64,000 nt of DNA from an uncultured Gemmatimonadales bacterium (GTDB lineage: Bacteria > Gemmatimonadota > Gemmatimonadetes > Gemmatimonadales > GWC2-71-9): positions 96,001 to 160,000 of the forward strand of contig CAWJMT010000037.1 of NCBI GenBank assembly GCA_963844035.1, given 5' to 3'. The stretch's first letter is position 1, and each line of letters opens with the position of its first letter. The notes under the pieces are model-generated. The model was not told the origin of the DNA. It was given only the letters and a program-made list of their open reading frames with translations, and ran no database searches. A program made the translations under genes and the position numbers. Shown here one piece after another: positions 1 through 10,661 of the stretch.

Positions 1-1743
1 GGTCCCGCGGTGCTCCACGTGCGGGGCGGGGATGAGCCGTTCACCCAGATGATGTTCGACGGCGTGCCGGTAAACATCAGCGGCGGCTTCAACGACATCC
101 TGGGCCTGATGCTGACGAACGTCGAACGGGTGGAGATCGCGCGCGGTCCGCTGTCCGCGCGATGGGGATCGTCTGCCATGTCCGGCGCCGTGCAGTTTAT
201 TACCCGCGAGGGGCGGCCCGGCCCGGCCCACGTGGAGCTGCTTGCGGAAGGCGGCCGCGCGACGGAGGAGGGCCAGCAAGCGCATTCGGAGGTCAATGTT
301 TCGGGTGGGAGCCCGCAGCTGCGCTACTCGAGCGGCCTGGGCTACAGCTACGATCGCGGCATCTACGCGCTGCCGCACGATCTGAGCACCGGCGACGCGT
401 CGCTCCGTATCGACGCGAGTCCCTCGCAGCGTTTGACGTTCACGGGCACCGCACGCTATCTCGACGTGCAGACGAACCTGCCGGTCCGCGACAAAGGAGT
501 GACCCGAGTACCGCTCGATCCCAACCAGCGCGACAGCCGGCATCGCTGGCTAGGATCGGTCGAGGCCAATTGGGCAACGACCGCTACGTGGCACAATCGC
601 CTGAATGCCCACGTGTTGTGGGACGACTTCACCTACCGGGATGAGCGGGACGGCGTGGCAGACTCGACCGACTATCCGTTCATCGCCGGTGACTCGGGCT
701 TCGTGGCGGACTTCAACTTGACCTACCAGAGCAAGATCCTGCGGCCGGCCCTGGAGTATGTCGGGAGCAACGTCCTGCCCTTGGGCCAGTCGGGGTCCAA
801 GCTCAACCTGTCCTACGGCGGCTCGCTGCAGACCGAGTCGGAGGTCGACGTTCAGTCGGGGGACTTCGGCAATACGCGCAACGAGTATGACCGCAGCAGC
901 ACCGCGCTGTTCACCGAGCTACAGGGCGACGTCGGGAAACGCCTTTCGGTGCTCGGCGGCGCACGGTTAGAGCACTACGAAGGCCTGCCCACGCAGGCGC
1001 TGCCGCGCGGGAGCGTGGTGTTTGCGGTCGTGCCCGGCAGGCTCTCGTTGCGCGCCGCCGCCGGGCGGGCGTTCCTCGTCCCGAACCTGACCAACCAATT
1101 CCTCAGCAATCCGTCCTATCAGCCGAATCCCGACTTGAAGCCGATGACCAGCACGAGTTGGGAAGTGGGCGCGCGGGTCACCACCCCCGACCGGAAGCTG
1201 ACATTCAGCCTGGGCTACTTCCACCAGCAATTCAACGACTTGATCCGGACCGTCCCGGCCGACACCGGCACGAAGGTCACCAACAAGAATCTCGGCGCCG
1301 CGCAGTCGGTTGGCGTGGAGGGCGAAGTCGAGGGGCGATTGTCCGACCGGTGGCGCAGCGGGCTGAACCTCACCTGGGTGAAGACCGAGATTCTCGACAA
1401 CCGTGGCCTCGACCCAACCAACTACCCGGTCGGGGGCTCGCTCCCATACGTGCCGAATGTCACGGGCAGCGTGTTCGTCGCGGGCGATCTTATCCGCGGG
1501 CTCTCAGTGGTCGCGCGCGTCACGGTGGTGGGTGAGCAGACGGTTCTCACTGAGCGGTTTGGAGGTCATCGCACCACCCTCGACGCACATGCGCCGCTCG
1601 ACCTGGTGGTGCAGTGGCATGCTACCCGAGGTCTCGACATGTACACGCGGCTCAGCAATATCCTGAACACGAGCTATTACGCTGCATTCGACAAGCCGGG
1701 CAGTCCTTTCACGGCGGTGGTGGGTTTCCGGACCCGGACCTAA
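1..1743 (+). CDS. TonB-dependent receptor (5'-truncated by window edge)
   Basis: Plug motif 'NVERVEIARGPLSARWGSSAMSGAVQFITR', barrel motif 'NPDLKP', C-terminal 'NILNTSY...PGSPFTAVVGFR'. Confidence 0.92.
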   Translation, partial: GPAVLHVRGGDEPFTQMMFDGVPVNISGGFNDILGLMLTNVERVEIARGPLSARWGSSAMSGAVQFITREGRPGPAHVELLAEGGRATEEGQQAHSEVNVSGGSPQLRYSSGLGYSYDRGIYALPHDLSTGDASLRIDASPSQRLTFTGTARYLDVQTNLPVRDKGVTRVPLDPNQRDSRHRWLGSVEANWATTATWHNRLNAHVLWDDFTYRDERDGVADSTDYPFIAGDSGFVADFNLTYQSKILRPALEYVGSNVLPLGQSGSKLNLSYGGSLQTESEVDVQSGDFGNTRNEYDRSSTALFTELQGDVGKRLSVLGGARLEHYEGLPTQALPRGSVVFAVVPGRLSLRAAAGRAFLVPNLTNQFLSNPSYQPNPDLKPMTSTSWEVGARVTTPDRKLTFSLGYFHQQFNDLIRTVPADTGTKVTNKNLGAAQSVGVEGEVEGRLSDRWRSGLNLTWVKTEILDNRGLDPTNYPVGGSLPYVPNVTGSVFVAGDLIRGLSVVARVTVVGEQTVLTERFGGHRTTLDAHAPLDLVVQWHATRGLDMYTRLSNILNTSYYAAFDKPGSPFTAVVGFRTRT

Positions 1744-1859
1744 GGGGAAGTTGCCGGGCGTGGTTGAAAACCGCGCCCGGACTGATTACCATCACGTATC
1801 GCTAAATCAGCGAAGCGTTTAGGGTTGCAACGCGCCACACGTACGGTCTGGAGGTTGGG

Positions 1860-2066
1860 ATGTCTCGCTTACTCTCGTTGATCGGTTTGGTCGCCTTCGC
1901 AGGTCTGGGTATGGCAGGCTGCCACAGCAACGGCCCAGGCGGTGATCCTCAGGACCCGGGGATGATGGGCGGCGAGGGCCCGATGATGTACCAGGCGCCC
2001 ACCCCGGCGACTGGGTGCAGCTCACCCTCGTTGGCGGCCAAGTGCTCGCCGCTCCAGCGGCGCTAG
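1860..2066 (+). CDS. Small putative lipoprotein (68 aa) with Met-rich segment
   Basis: GGAGG RBS just upstream of ATG; hydrophobic signal ending in lipobox-like MAG-C; 'PGMMGGEGPMM'. Confidence 0.55.
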   Translation: MSRLLSLIGLVAFAGLGMAGCHSNGPGGDPQDPGMMGGEGPMMYQAPTPATGCSSPSLAAKCSPLQRR

Positions 2067-2091
2067 AGTAACCCACCTCCCGGGCGGCGGG

Positions 2092-3189
2092 TTATCCCGC
2101 GGCGCCGCCCGGAAACCGTTCCGCTACGAGCATCCGCAGGGCTTCCTCGACCGATTCCACCGGTATTTTGGGAACGCCCCCGACGTGCGAGGCCGCACGG
2201 TAGGGGGCGCGGTATGGGAACCACGGCATGACCTCCGCCGACCCTCGAAACAGCCCCACGAGTGGCGTCTTCCACGCCGCCGCGAGGTGTACGACCGACG
2301 TATCCGGCGTCAACAGCATGTCAAACTCCCGCAGCACCGCCGCGAACTCGTGAAACGAGGCTAGGGCAGGGAGCGATGCGGCGCCGGTCGCGCGTGCAAT
2401 AGCGTCGACATCTGCCTGGTAGTCCGGGGCGCCACCCACCCAAATCGCAAATCGCGGATCGAACTCCTGCATCCAGCGGATGCAGGCGATGAAGTTCTCG
2501 TTCCCCCAATACCGCAGCCGGCTCGATCCCGCAACGTTGACGCCCAGCCGTAGCGGCCGCTCGGTCGGCCCGAGCCGAGTGCGGGCGAGCGCGCGGTCCG
2601 CATCGCTCAGCCGGTACTCGAGGTCGAGCGGAACCTGGGAGGGGTCGATGCCAAACGGCAGCAGCAGCTGCGCCATCCGCTCGACGATGTGGACGCGGCT
2701 GCGGTCGAGCAGCGGGACGGCGTGGGTGTAGCGGCCGGCGCGCTCGTGGCGGATCCCCAAGCGGTACGGCGCCCCGCTCCATTGCGCGAGAAGTTGCGAG
2801 CTGACCGACGGGTTGTCCGTCAGGTTCACGACGATGTCGTAGCGCGCCGCGCGCACCGCGCGGATCACGCGCACCGCGCTGGCAACGGTCTTGTCGTAGC
2901 GCCAGGAGTGGTCGACGTACTGGGCGACCGCGTGGCGGACGCCGAAGTTCGCGCGGCTGAACAGCATGTGAATCCGGGCCCGCGGGTAGCGCTGGCGCAG
3001 CGCGCGAATCACGGGGATGGAAACGAGCACGTCGCCGATCCGGTCCTGGCGCAGCAGCAGGATCCGCGGGGCGTCCCCCAGGTGAAATGCATCGCGCGGC
3101 GCGGTCACGAAATCGCCCGTGAATGGCCGATCGGTGACGGCGAGGAACCGGCGGCGTAGGGTGCGCTCGAGCGATTTGAGCAGCGTCAT
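2092..3189 (-). CDS. Glycosyltransferase family 9 (ADP-heptose:LPS heptosyltransferase-like)
   Basis: 'ILLLRQDRIGDVLVSIPVIRALRQRYPRARI' and 'DTSVVHLAAAWKTPLVGLF' GT9 motifs. Confidence 0.9.
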   Translation of the reverse strand: MTLLKSLERTLRRRFLAVTDRPFTGDFVTAPRDAFHLGDAPRILLLRQDRIGDVLVSIPVIRALRQRYPRARIHMLFSRANFGVRHAVAQYVDHSWRYDKTVASAVRVIRAVRAARYDIVVNLTDNPSVSSQLLAQWSGAPYRLGIRHERAGRYTHAVPLLDRSRVHIVERMAQLLLPFGIDPSQVPLDLEYRLSDADRALARTRLGPTERPLRLGVNVAGSSRLRYWGNENFIACIRWMQEFDPRFAIWVGGAPDYQADVDAIARATGAASLPALASFHEFAAVLREFDMLLTPDTSVVHLAAAWKTPLVGLFRGSAEVMPWFPYRAPYRAASHVGGVPKIPVESVEEALRMLVAERFPGGAAG

Positions 3190-3259
3190 CGGTGCAGAAT
3201 CTTAACGCAAGTGCGCCTTCTTCAAGGACCTAGCCTCCGCCGCCTGCCGTTCGCGTTTC

Positions 3260-3276
3260 TTGACGCCATTTTGATG
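3260..3276 (+). promoter_or_regulatory. Putative KdpE (OmpR-family) direct-repeat binding site
   Basis: TTGACG-ccatt-TTGATG direct repeat, 11-bp period, about 55 nt upstream of the first kdp gene. Confidence 0.5.
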
Positions 3277-3330
3277 ACCATTCTCCTACCATTGGCCCCG
3301 TGGCGCATGACCTCCTGAACGGAGTGCACA

Positions 3331-3447
3331 ATGCTCGACATCGTCTATATCGCCGTGACGCTGGCCTTCTTCGGCTTGATGCTCGCCTACGTCCGCGGCT
3401 GTGAGCACCTGGGCCGCGAGAAGACGGGCGAGGAGGAGCGGTCGTGA
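3331..3447 (+). CDS. 38-aa membrane peptide at head of kdp operon
   Basis: GGAG RBS; MLDIVYIAVTLAFFGLMLAYVRGCEHLGREKTGEEERS; stop overlaps the kdpF GTG (GTGA). Confidence 0.75.
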   Translation: MLDIVYIAVTLAFFGLMLAYVRGCEHLGREKTGEEERS

Positions 3448-3530
3448 GCGAAACGATCTTCGGGGGACTCGTATCCCTCCTGCTCCTCGTGTACCTGGTG
3501 TACACGCTGCTCCGCCCCGAAAAGTTCTGA
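3444..3530 (+). CDS. kdpF: K+-transporting ATPase subunit F
   Basis: MSETIFGGLVSLLLLVYLVYTLLRPEKF; canonical 'YL.Y.LLRPEKF' directly before kdpA. Confidence 0.93.
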   Translation: MSETIFGGLVSLLLLVYLVYTLLRPEKF

Positions 3531-3540
3531 GGATCGAGAC

Positions 3541-5258
3541 ATGACTGCGAACGGCTGGCTGCAAATCCTGTTCTACAGCGCTGTCGTGCTTGCGATCACC
3601 AAGCCGGCGGGTGTGTACATCCTCCGCGTGTACGACGGCTCGCTCCGCTGGCTCGCTCCGCTCGAGCGGGCGATCTACCGGATCTCGGGGGTCGATCCCG
3701 ACGAGGATCAGCACTGGACCCGCTACGCGGCCGGGCTGCTGCTGTTCAGCGCGGTTTCCATGCTCGTGACCTACGTCGCGCTGCGCCTCCAGGACTCTCT
3801 GCCGCTCAATCCGTTCGCGCGCGCTGCGGTGCCCGACCGGCAGGCGTTCGAAACGGCGGCCTCGTTCACGACGAACACCAATTGGCAGTCGTACTCGGGC
3901 GAGACGATGATGTCGTACTTCTCGCAGATGACGCAGCTGGCGTTCCACAACTTCACGTCGGCCGCGTGCGGCGTAGCCGCCGCCGTGGCGCTGGCGCGCG
4001 GCATCGCCCGACGCTCGGCCGGCAAGATCGGCAACTTCTGGGTCGACCTCGTCCGCGGGACGCTGTACCTCTTCCTCCCGTTGTCGTTCCTGTTCGCCCT
4101 GTTGTTCGTGCAACAGGGGGCGATCCAGAATTTCGCCCACTACGTCACGGCGACCACCCTCGAGGGCGCGAAGCAGGTGCTCGCCATGGGACCGGTCGCG
4201 AGCCAGGTCGGCGATCAAGCAGCTGGGGACGAACGGCGGCGGCTTCTTCAACGCCAACGCCGCGCATCCGTTCGAGAGCCCGACGCCCTGGACGAACTTC
4301 CTGTCGATGTTCGCGATCTTCGTCATCCCCGCCGGGCTTACCTACACCTTCGGGCGCATGGTGAAGAACCAGCGCCACGGGTGGGCGCTGTGGGCGGCGA
4401 TGTTCGTGCTGTTCTTCGGCGGCGTGACGACGGCCTACTGGGCCGAGGCGCGCGGCAACCCGATCCACGCGGCGCGCGGCATCGACCTCGTCGCATCCGC
4501 CGGCAATCCCGGCGGCAACATGGAAGGGAAAGAGGTCCGTTTCGGGATCGCCAACTCGGCCCTGTACGCCACGGTGACCACCGACGCGTCCTGCGGCGCC
4601 GTCAACAGCATGCACGACTCGTTCACGCCCATCGGCGGGATGGTGCCGCTCGTCAACATCCAGCTCGGCGAGCTGATTTTCGGCGGGGTGGGGTCGGGCC
4701 TGTACGGGATGATCGTGATGGCCGTACTCACGGTGTTCATCGCCGGGCTCATGGTGGGCCGAACGCCCGAGTACCTCGGGAAGAAGATCCAGAGCCGCGA
4801 AGTGCGCATGGCGATGCTGTACGTGCTGATCTTCCCGGCGGTGATCCTGCTGTTCACCGCGGCGTCGTCGGTACTGCCGATGGGGCTCGCGGGGCGGAAC
4901 AACGCGGGGCCGCACGGCCTGTCGGAGATCCTGTACGCGTTCACGCTCGGTCACCGGCAACAACGGCAGCGCGTTCGCCGGGCTCACCGGCGGGACCTAC
5001 TACTACAACACGCTGCTCGGTCTCGGCACGCTGTTCGGGCGCTTCGCGATGATGGTGCCGATGCTCGCGCTCGGCGGATTCCTCGCCGAGCGGAAGATCG
5101 TCCCCGAATCAGCCGGGACGTTCCCGGTGACGACTCCGATCTTCGTGACCCTGCTCATTGGGGTCATCCTGATCGTCGGCGCCCTCACGTTCTTTCCGGC
5201 CCTGGCGCTCGGTCCGATCGTCGAGCACTTGCTGATGCACACAGGGAGGCTGTTCTAG
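3541..5258 (+). CDS. kdpA: K+-transporting ATPase subunit A (apparent frameshifts near 4210 and 4950)
   Basis: '[14 protein letters not shown]', '[10 protein letters not shown]', '[15 protein letters not shown]', '[17 protein letters not shown]' spread over three frames. Confidence 0.95.
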
Positions 5259-5259
5259 T

Positions 5260-7363
5260 ATGGCACTCACCAAGCGACCCTTGTTCGACCCGCCGATCGT
5301 CAAGCGGGCGATCCGCGACGCCTTCCTCAAGACGGTGAACCTGCGCCACATGGTGCGGAACCCCGTCATGTTCGTGGTGCTGGTCGGCAGCGCCCTGACC
5401 ACGCTCGTGCTGATCCGCGACGTGCTGGGTGGTGCGGGGGACACCGGCGTTCACGCTGCAGCTCGCGCTCTGGCTGTGGTTCACGGTGGTGTTCGCCAAT
5501 TTCGCCGAGGCGATGGCCGAGGGCCGCGGCAAGGCGCAGGCCGAGACGCTGCGGCGGTCGCGGACGGAGTCGACGGCGAAGCGCCTGCGGAACGCCAACG
5601 ATCGCACCAAGTTCGAGTCGGTGTCCGGCGGCGGGCTGCGCAAGGGCGACCTCGTGCTATGCACCCCCGGCGACATGATCCCCGGGGACGGCGAGGTGAT
5701 CGAAGGCGTGGCGTCGGTGGACGAATCGGCGATCACCGGCGAGTCGGCCCCGGTCATCCGCGAGTCGGGCGGCGACCGCTCCGCGGTCACCGGCGGCACG
5801 AGAGTGCTGTCGGACTTCCTGGTCATTCGTATCACGGCCAATCCCGGCGAGACGTTCCTCGATCGTATGATCGCGCTGGTGGAAGGCGCGTCGCGCCAGA
5901 AGACGCCGAACGAGATCGCCCTGATCATTCTGCTGTCCGGGCTGACCATCGTGTTCCTGTTCGCGGTAGTGACCCTGCAGCCGTTCGCGATCTACTCAGG
6001 CGGCGCGGTGTCGATCCCGATTCTCGTTTCGCTGCTGGTTTGCCTCATCCCCACCACGATCGGCGGCCTGTTGTCCGCGATCGGGATCGCGGGGATGGAC
6101 CGCATGATCCAGCACAACGTGATCGCGATGAGCGGCCGGGCCGTCGAGGCGGCGGGCGACGTCAACACGCTGCTGCTCGACAAGACCGGGACGATCACGC
6201 TCGGCAACCGGCAGGCGGTCGAGTTCGTGCCGATGGACGGTGTGACGCCTGAGTACCTGGCGGATCGCGCCCAGCTCGCCTCGCTCCCCGACGAGACGCC
6301 GGAGGGGCGCAGCATCGTCGTGTTCGCGAAGGAGAAGTTCAGCCTGCGCGGACGCACGCTGTCGGAAGGGAAGGGCGGAATCGCGGGCGCCGGAGCGGCT
6401 CCCACCAAGGATCAGATGGTGCTGGTGCCGTTCTCGGCGGCGACCCGGATGAGCGGCATCAACGCCGGTACGCTCGAGCTCCGCAAGGGCGCGAGCGAGG
6501 CGGTCGTGACCTGGGTGCGGACACACGGGGGCGATATCCCCGCGGGTCTCGCTCCGGTGGTGGAGCGGATCGCGCGCCAGGGCGGCACGCCGCTCGTCGT
6601 CGCCGAGCGCGGTAACGGGTCCGCTCGTGTGCTCGGCGTGATCTACCTGAAGGACGTGGTCAAGGGCGGCATGCGCGAGCGGTTCGGCCAGCTCCGCGCC
6701 ATGGGGATCCGCACGGTGATGATCACCGGTGACAATCAGCTCACCGCGGCGGCGATCGCGGCGGAGGCGGGCGTGGACGACTTCCTCGCCGAGGCGACGC
6801 CCGAAGACAAGATGGCGCTCATCAAGCGCGAGCAGGGCGGTGGCCGCCTGGTCGCGATGACCGGCGACGGCACGAACGACGCGCCGGCGCTCGCCCAGGC
6901 CGACGTCGCGGTCGCCATGAACACCGGCACCCAGGCGGCGAAGGAAGCGGGGAACCTGATCGACCTCGATTCCAACCCGACCAAGCTCATCGAGGTCGTG
7001 GAGATCGGGAAGCAGCTGCTCATCACGCGCGGCGCGCTCACCACGTTCTCGATCGCCAACGACGTCGCGAAGTACTTCGCCATCATCCCGGCGATGTTCG
7101 TCGCCACCTACCCTGCGTTGCAGGCGTTGAACGTCATGCGGCTGCACTCGGCGCAGTCGGCGATCCTGGCGAGCGTCGTGTTTAACGCCCTGATCATCAT
7201 CGCGCTCATTCCACTGGCCCTGCGCGGCGTGCAGTGGCGCCCCGCGGCCGCGGCGGCCATTCTGCGCCGCAACCTGTGGATCTACGGCGTCGGGGGCATC
7301 ATCATCCCGTTCATCGGCATCAAGGCCGTGGACGTGCTTCTCGTCGCCCTTCACCTGGTCTGA
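5260..7363 (+). CDS. kdpB: K+-transporting ATPase subunit B (apparent frameshift near 5430-5445)
   Basis: P-type ATPase motifs [22 protein letters not shown]; 'RNPVMFVV' N-terminus in another frame. Confidence 0.96.
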
Positions 7364-7365
7364 CC

Positions 7366-7950
7366 ATGCTCAAGAACCAACTCCGCCCCGCCATCGTCGT
7401 GACGATCGTCATCATGGTGATCACGGGGCTCGTGTATCCCGGGCTCGTAACCGGCGTGGCACAGCTGCTCTTCCCGCGCCAGGCGAACGGCTCCCTCGTG
7501 ACGGTGAACGGCCAGGTTATCGGCAGCGAGCTGATCGGGCAACCGTTCACGAGCCCTAAGTACTTCCATCCGCGCCCGTCGGCCGCCGGGGCGGGCTACG
7601 ACGACACGCTCTCGGCCGGGACGAACAAGGGTCCCACCGATCTCAAGCTGGCGGACACGCTGATCGCGCAAGCGGTGGACAACGCGGTGCAGCTCGACAG
7701 CGCGGTGAAGGGGCAGATCCCTTCCGATCTCGTCACCGCGTCGGGATCGGGTCTCGACCCGCACATCTCGCCGGCGAGCGCGTTCCTGCAGGTGCGCCGG
7801 GTGGCGCGGGCGCGCGGGCTCGATTCAGCCGTCGTGCGGGCACTGGTCGAGCGGCACGTCGAAGGGCGGCAGTTCGGGTTCTTCGGCGACCCGCGCGTGA
7901 ACGTGCTCCTGCTGAACCTTGCGCTGGATAGCCTCGCGGGCCGACGCTAG
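7366..7950 (+). CDS. kdpC: K+-transporting ATPase subunit C
   Basis: 'QANGSL', 'GSELIGQPF', 'YFHPRPSA', 'DLVTASGSGLDPHIS', 'RVNVLLLNLALD'. Confidence 0.96.
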   Translation: MLKNQLRPAIVVTIVIMVITGLVYPGLVTGVAQLLFPRQANGSLVTVNGQVIGSELIGQPFTSPKYFHPRPSAAGAGYDDTLSAGTNKGPTDLKLADTLIAQAVDNAVQLDSAVKGQIPSDLVTASGSGLDPHISPASAFLQVRRVARARGLDSAVVRALVERHVEGRQFGFFGDPRVNVLLLNLALDSLAGRR

Positions 7951-7967
7951 ACCACTAGGTTGGGAGA

Positions 7968-10661
7968 ATGAACGAGCGCCCCAGTCCCGAGGCCATGCTC
8001 AAGCGCGTGCGCGAAGAGGAAGCGCGCGCGAGCCGCGGGAAGCTGAAGATCTTCTTCGGCGCATCGCCCGGCGTCGGCAAGACCTACGCGATGCTGGAGG
8101 ACGCCCGGGCCAAGCGGCGCGCGGGCGTCGATGTCGTCGTCGGAGTCGTGGAGACGCACGGGCGCGCCGAGACGACGGCGCTCGTGGAGGGTCTCGAGGT
8201 CCTGCCCCGCCACTCGATCGAGTATCGCGGCATCACCCTGCAAGAGTTCGACCTCGACGCCGCGCTCGCCCGCCACCCGTCCCTCATCCTGGTGGACGAG
8301 CTGGCGCACACCAACGCCCCGGGCTCGCGCCACGCGCGCCGCTGGCAGGACGTCGAGGAGCTGCTCGCCGCCGGGATCAACGTCTCGACCACGCTGAACG
8401 TTCAGCACCTGGAGAGTCTCAACGACGTGGTCGCCCAGATCACCGGCGTCCAGGTGCGCGAGACGGTGCCCGATGCGCTGCTCGACGAGGCGGACGAGGT
8501 CGAGCTCGCCGATCTGTCGGCGGAAGATCTTCTGAAGCGCCTGCAGGAAGGCAAGGTCTACGTCCCCGACCAGGCCGCCCGCGCCATCCAGGAGTTCTTC
8601 CGCAAGGGCAACCTCATCGCCCTGCGCGAGCTCGCGTTGCGCCGCACTGCGCAACGGGTGGACGCGCAGATGCGCGGCTACATGCAGGAGCACGGGATCC
8701 GCGAGACCTGGCCCGCCGGGGAGCGGCTGCTCGTGTGTATCGGACCCAATCCCGCCGGCGCCCGCCTGGTGCGCGCGGGCAAGCGCATGGCGACGAGCCT
8801 CAAGTGCGATTGGGTCGTCCTCTACATCGAGGCCCCGGGCCAGCGGATCTCGGCGAGCGACCGCGACCATCTGGTGCAGAATCTGCAGCTCGCCCAGGAG
8901 CTCGGCGCGCAGACGGTCACGATCTCAGGGCTGAACGCCGCGGAGGAGGTGCTGGCGTATGCCCGCGCCCACAACGCCACGAAGATCGTGGTCGGGAAGC
9001 CGACCCATCCTCGCTGGCGCGACAAGGTGTTCGGGTCGATGCTCGACCAGCTCGTGCGGGGCTCGGGCGACGTGGACGTGTACGTCATCACCGGCGATGT
9101 GGAAGATGAGCGGGTGCGGCGGCTGCCACTCACGTTACGCCCAACGCCCGCCGCAGAGTACGTCCGGGCGGGGTTGGTCCCGGCGTTCTGCGCGCTCGTG
9201 GGCTTCGCGCTGTATCCGTACTTGTCCCTCACCGATGTCGCGATGGTGTTCCTGCTGGGCGTGGCGCTGGTGGCGTCCCGGTACGGACGCAGGCCCACGT
9301 TCTTCGCCTCGATTCTGTCCATCGCCCTGTTCGATTTCTGCTTCGTGCCGCCGCGCTTCACCTTTGCCGTCTCCGACGTCAACTACCTGCTCACCTTCCT
9401 GGTCATGCTCACGATCGCGATGATCATGAGCACCTTGACCCTGCGGATCCGGGCGCAGGCGGAGACGGCGCGGGAGCGGGAGCGGAGCACGGGCGCGTTG
9501 TACGGCATGAGCCGCGAGCTGGCGGCGATCCGCGATGAGCGGGACATCGTGGTCGCGGCCGTGCGGCACGTGCGAGACACGTTCGGTGCCCCGGCGCAGA
9601 TTCTCCTGCCCGATGAAGCACGGCGCCTGCAGGTCCCGATCGGCACGTCCGCAGCCTACCCGATCGACGAAAAGGAGCTCAGCGTCGCGATGTGGGTCCT
9701 CGTGCAGGGCCGCATCGCCGGCGCCGGCACGGACACCTTGCCGGCCGCTCAGGGCCTGTACGTGCCGCTCGTCGCATCAAGCGGAACGGTTGGAGTGCTC
9801 GGCGTGCGGCCGGACGATCCCAAACGGTTCCAGGACCCCGCGGTGCAGCAGCTGCTCGAGACCTTCGCCGCGCAGGCCGCGGTCGCGCTGGAGCGCGCGA
9901 TGCTGGCTGCGCGGACGCAACGGGAGCAAGTGGAAATCGAAGCCGAACGGCTGCGCACGTCGCTCCTCAGCTCGCTCTCGCACGACCTGCGCACTCCCCT
10001 CGGCGTCATCACCGGCGCGGCGAGCAGCCTGCTCGAAGATCGGGCAAACGTTCCCGAGGCGACCCGCCGCACGCTACTCGAGTCGATTCTAGGGGAGTCG
10101 CAACGCATGAACCGCCTGATCGGAAATCTGCTCGACATGATCCGGGTGGAGAGCGGCGCGCTCCAGGTGCAGAAGGAATGGCAGCCACTCGAGGAGCCGG
10201 TCGGGGTGGCGCTGATCCGCCTGGAAGATCGTCTGCGAGATCATCCCGTGACGGTGAACCTGCCTGCCGACCTCCCGCTCGTGCCGCTCGATGAGGTTCT
10301 GATCGAGCAGGTGCTGATCAACCTGCTCGAGAACGCGGCCAAGTACACGCCCGCCGGCACGCCGGTCGAGCTCTCGGCCGAAGCGCTCGACGGCCTCGTG
10401 CGGGTGGACATCGCCGACCGCGGACCCGGGCTCGAGCCGGGAGAGGAAGCCCGGATCTTCGAAAAGTTCTACCGGGCTCCAAGCGGCACGGCGACGAGTG
10501 GGGTCGGACTCGGGTTGACGATCTGTCGCGGGATCGTCACGGCGCATGGCGGGAAGATCTGGGCGGAGAACCGCCCCGGGGGCGGCGCGGTGTTCCGGTT
10601 CACGCTGCCCCTGTCCGGACCGCCGCGCTCGGCTGTCCCAACTGAAGTGGAGGGAGTATGA
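7968..10661 (+). CDS. kdpD: Sensor histidine kinase KdpD
   Basis: 'GKLKIFFGASPGVGKTYAML', Usp domain, 4-TM DUF4118, GAF, 'SHDLRTPL' H-box, HATPase. Confidence 0.97.
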   Translation: MNERPSPEAMLKRVREEEARASRGKLKIFFGASPGVGKTYAMLEDARAKRRAGVDVVVGVVETHGRAETTALVEGLEVLPRHSIEYRGITLQEFDLDAALARHPSLILVDELAHTNAPGSRHARRWQDVEELLAAGINVSTTLNVQHLESLNDVVAQITGVQVRETVPDALLDEADEVELADLSAEDLLKRLQEGKVYVPDQAARAIQEFFRKGNLIALRELALRRTAQRVDAQMRGYMQEHGIRETWPAGERLLVCIGPNPAGARLVRAGKRMATSLKCDWVVLYIEAPGQRISASDRDHLVQNLQLAQELGAQTVTISGLNAAEEVLAYARAHNATKIVVGKPTHPRWRDKVFGSMLDQLVRGSGDVDVYVITGDVEDERVRRLPLTLRPTPAAEYVRAGLVPAFCALVGFALYPYLSLTDVAMVFLLGVALVASRYGRRPTFFASILSIALFDFCFVPPRFTFAVSDVNYLLTFLVMLTIAMIMSTLTLRIRAQAETARERERSTGALYGMSRELAAIRDERDIVVAAVRHVRDTFGAPAQILLPDEARRLQVPIGTSAAYPIDEKELSVAMWVLVQGRIAGAGTDTLPAAQGLYVPLVASSGTVGVLGVRPDDPKRFQDPAVQQLLETFAAQAAVALERAMLAARTQREQVEIEAERLRTSLLSSLSHDLRTPLGVITGAASSLLEDRANVPEATRRTLLESILGESQRMNRLIGNLLDMIRVESGALQVQKEWQPLEEPVGVALIRLEDRLRDHPVTVNLPADLPLVPLDEVLIEQVLINLLENAAKYTPAGTPVELSAEALDGLVRVDIADRGPGLEPGEEARIFEKFYRAPSGTATSGVGLGLTICRGIVTAHGGKIWAENRPGGGAVFRFTLPLSGPPRSAVPTEVEGV

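Noticed and set aside
4200..5450. Programmed frameshifting or pseudogenisation in kdpA/kdpB
   Set aside because: No slippery sites, and the same type of indel affects many unrelated genes; assembly error is more parsimonious.
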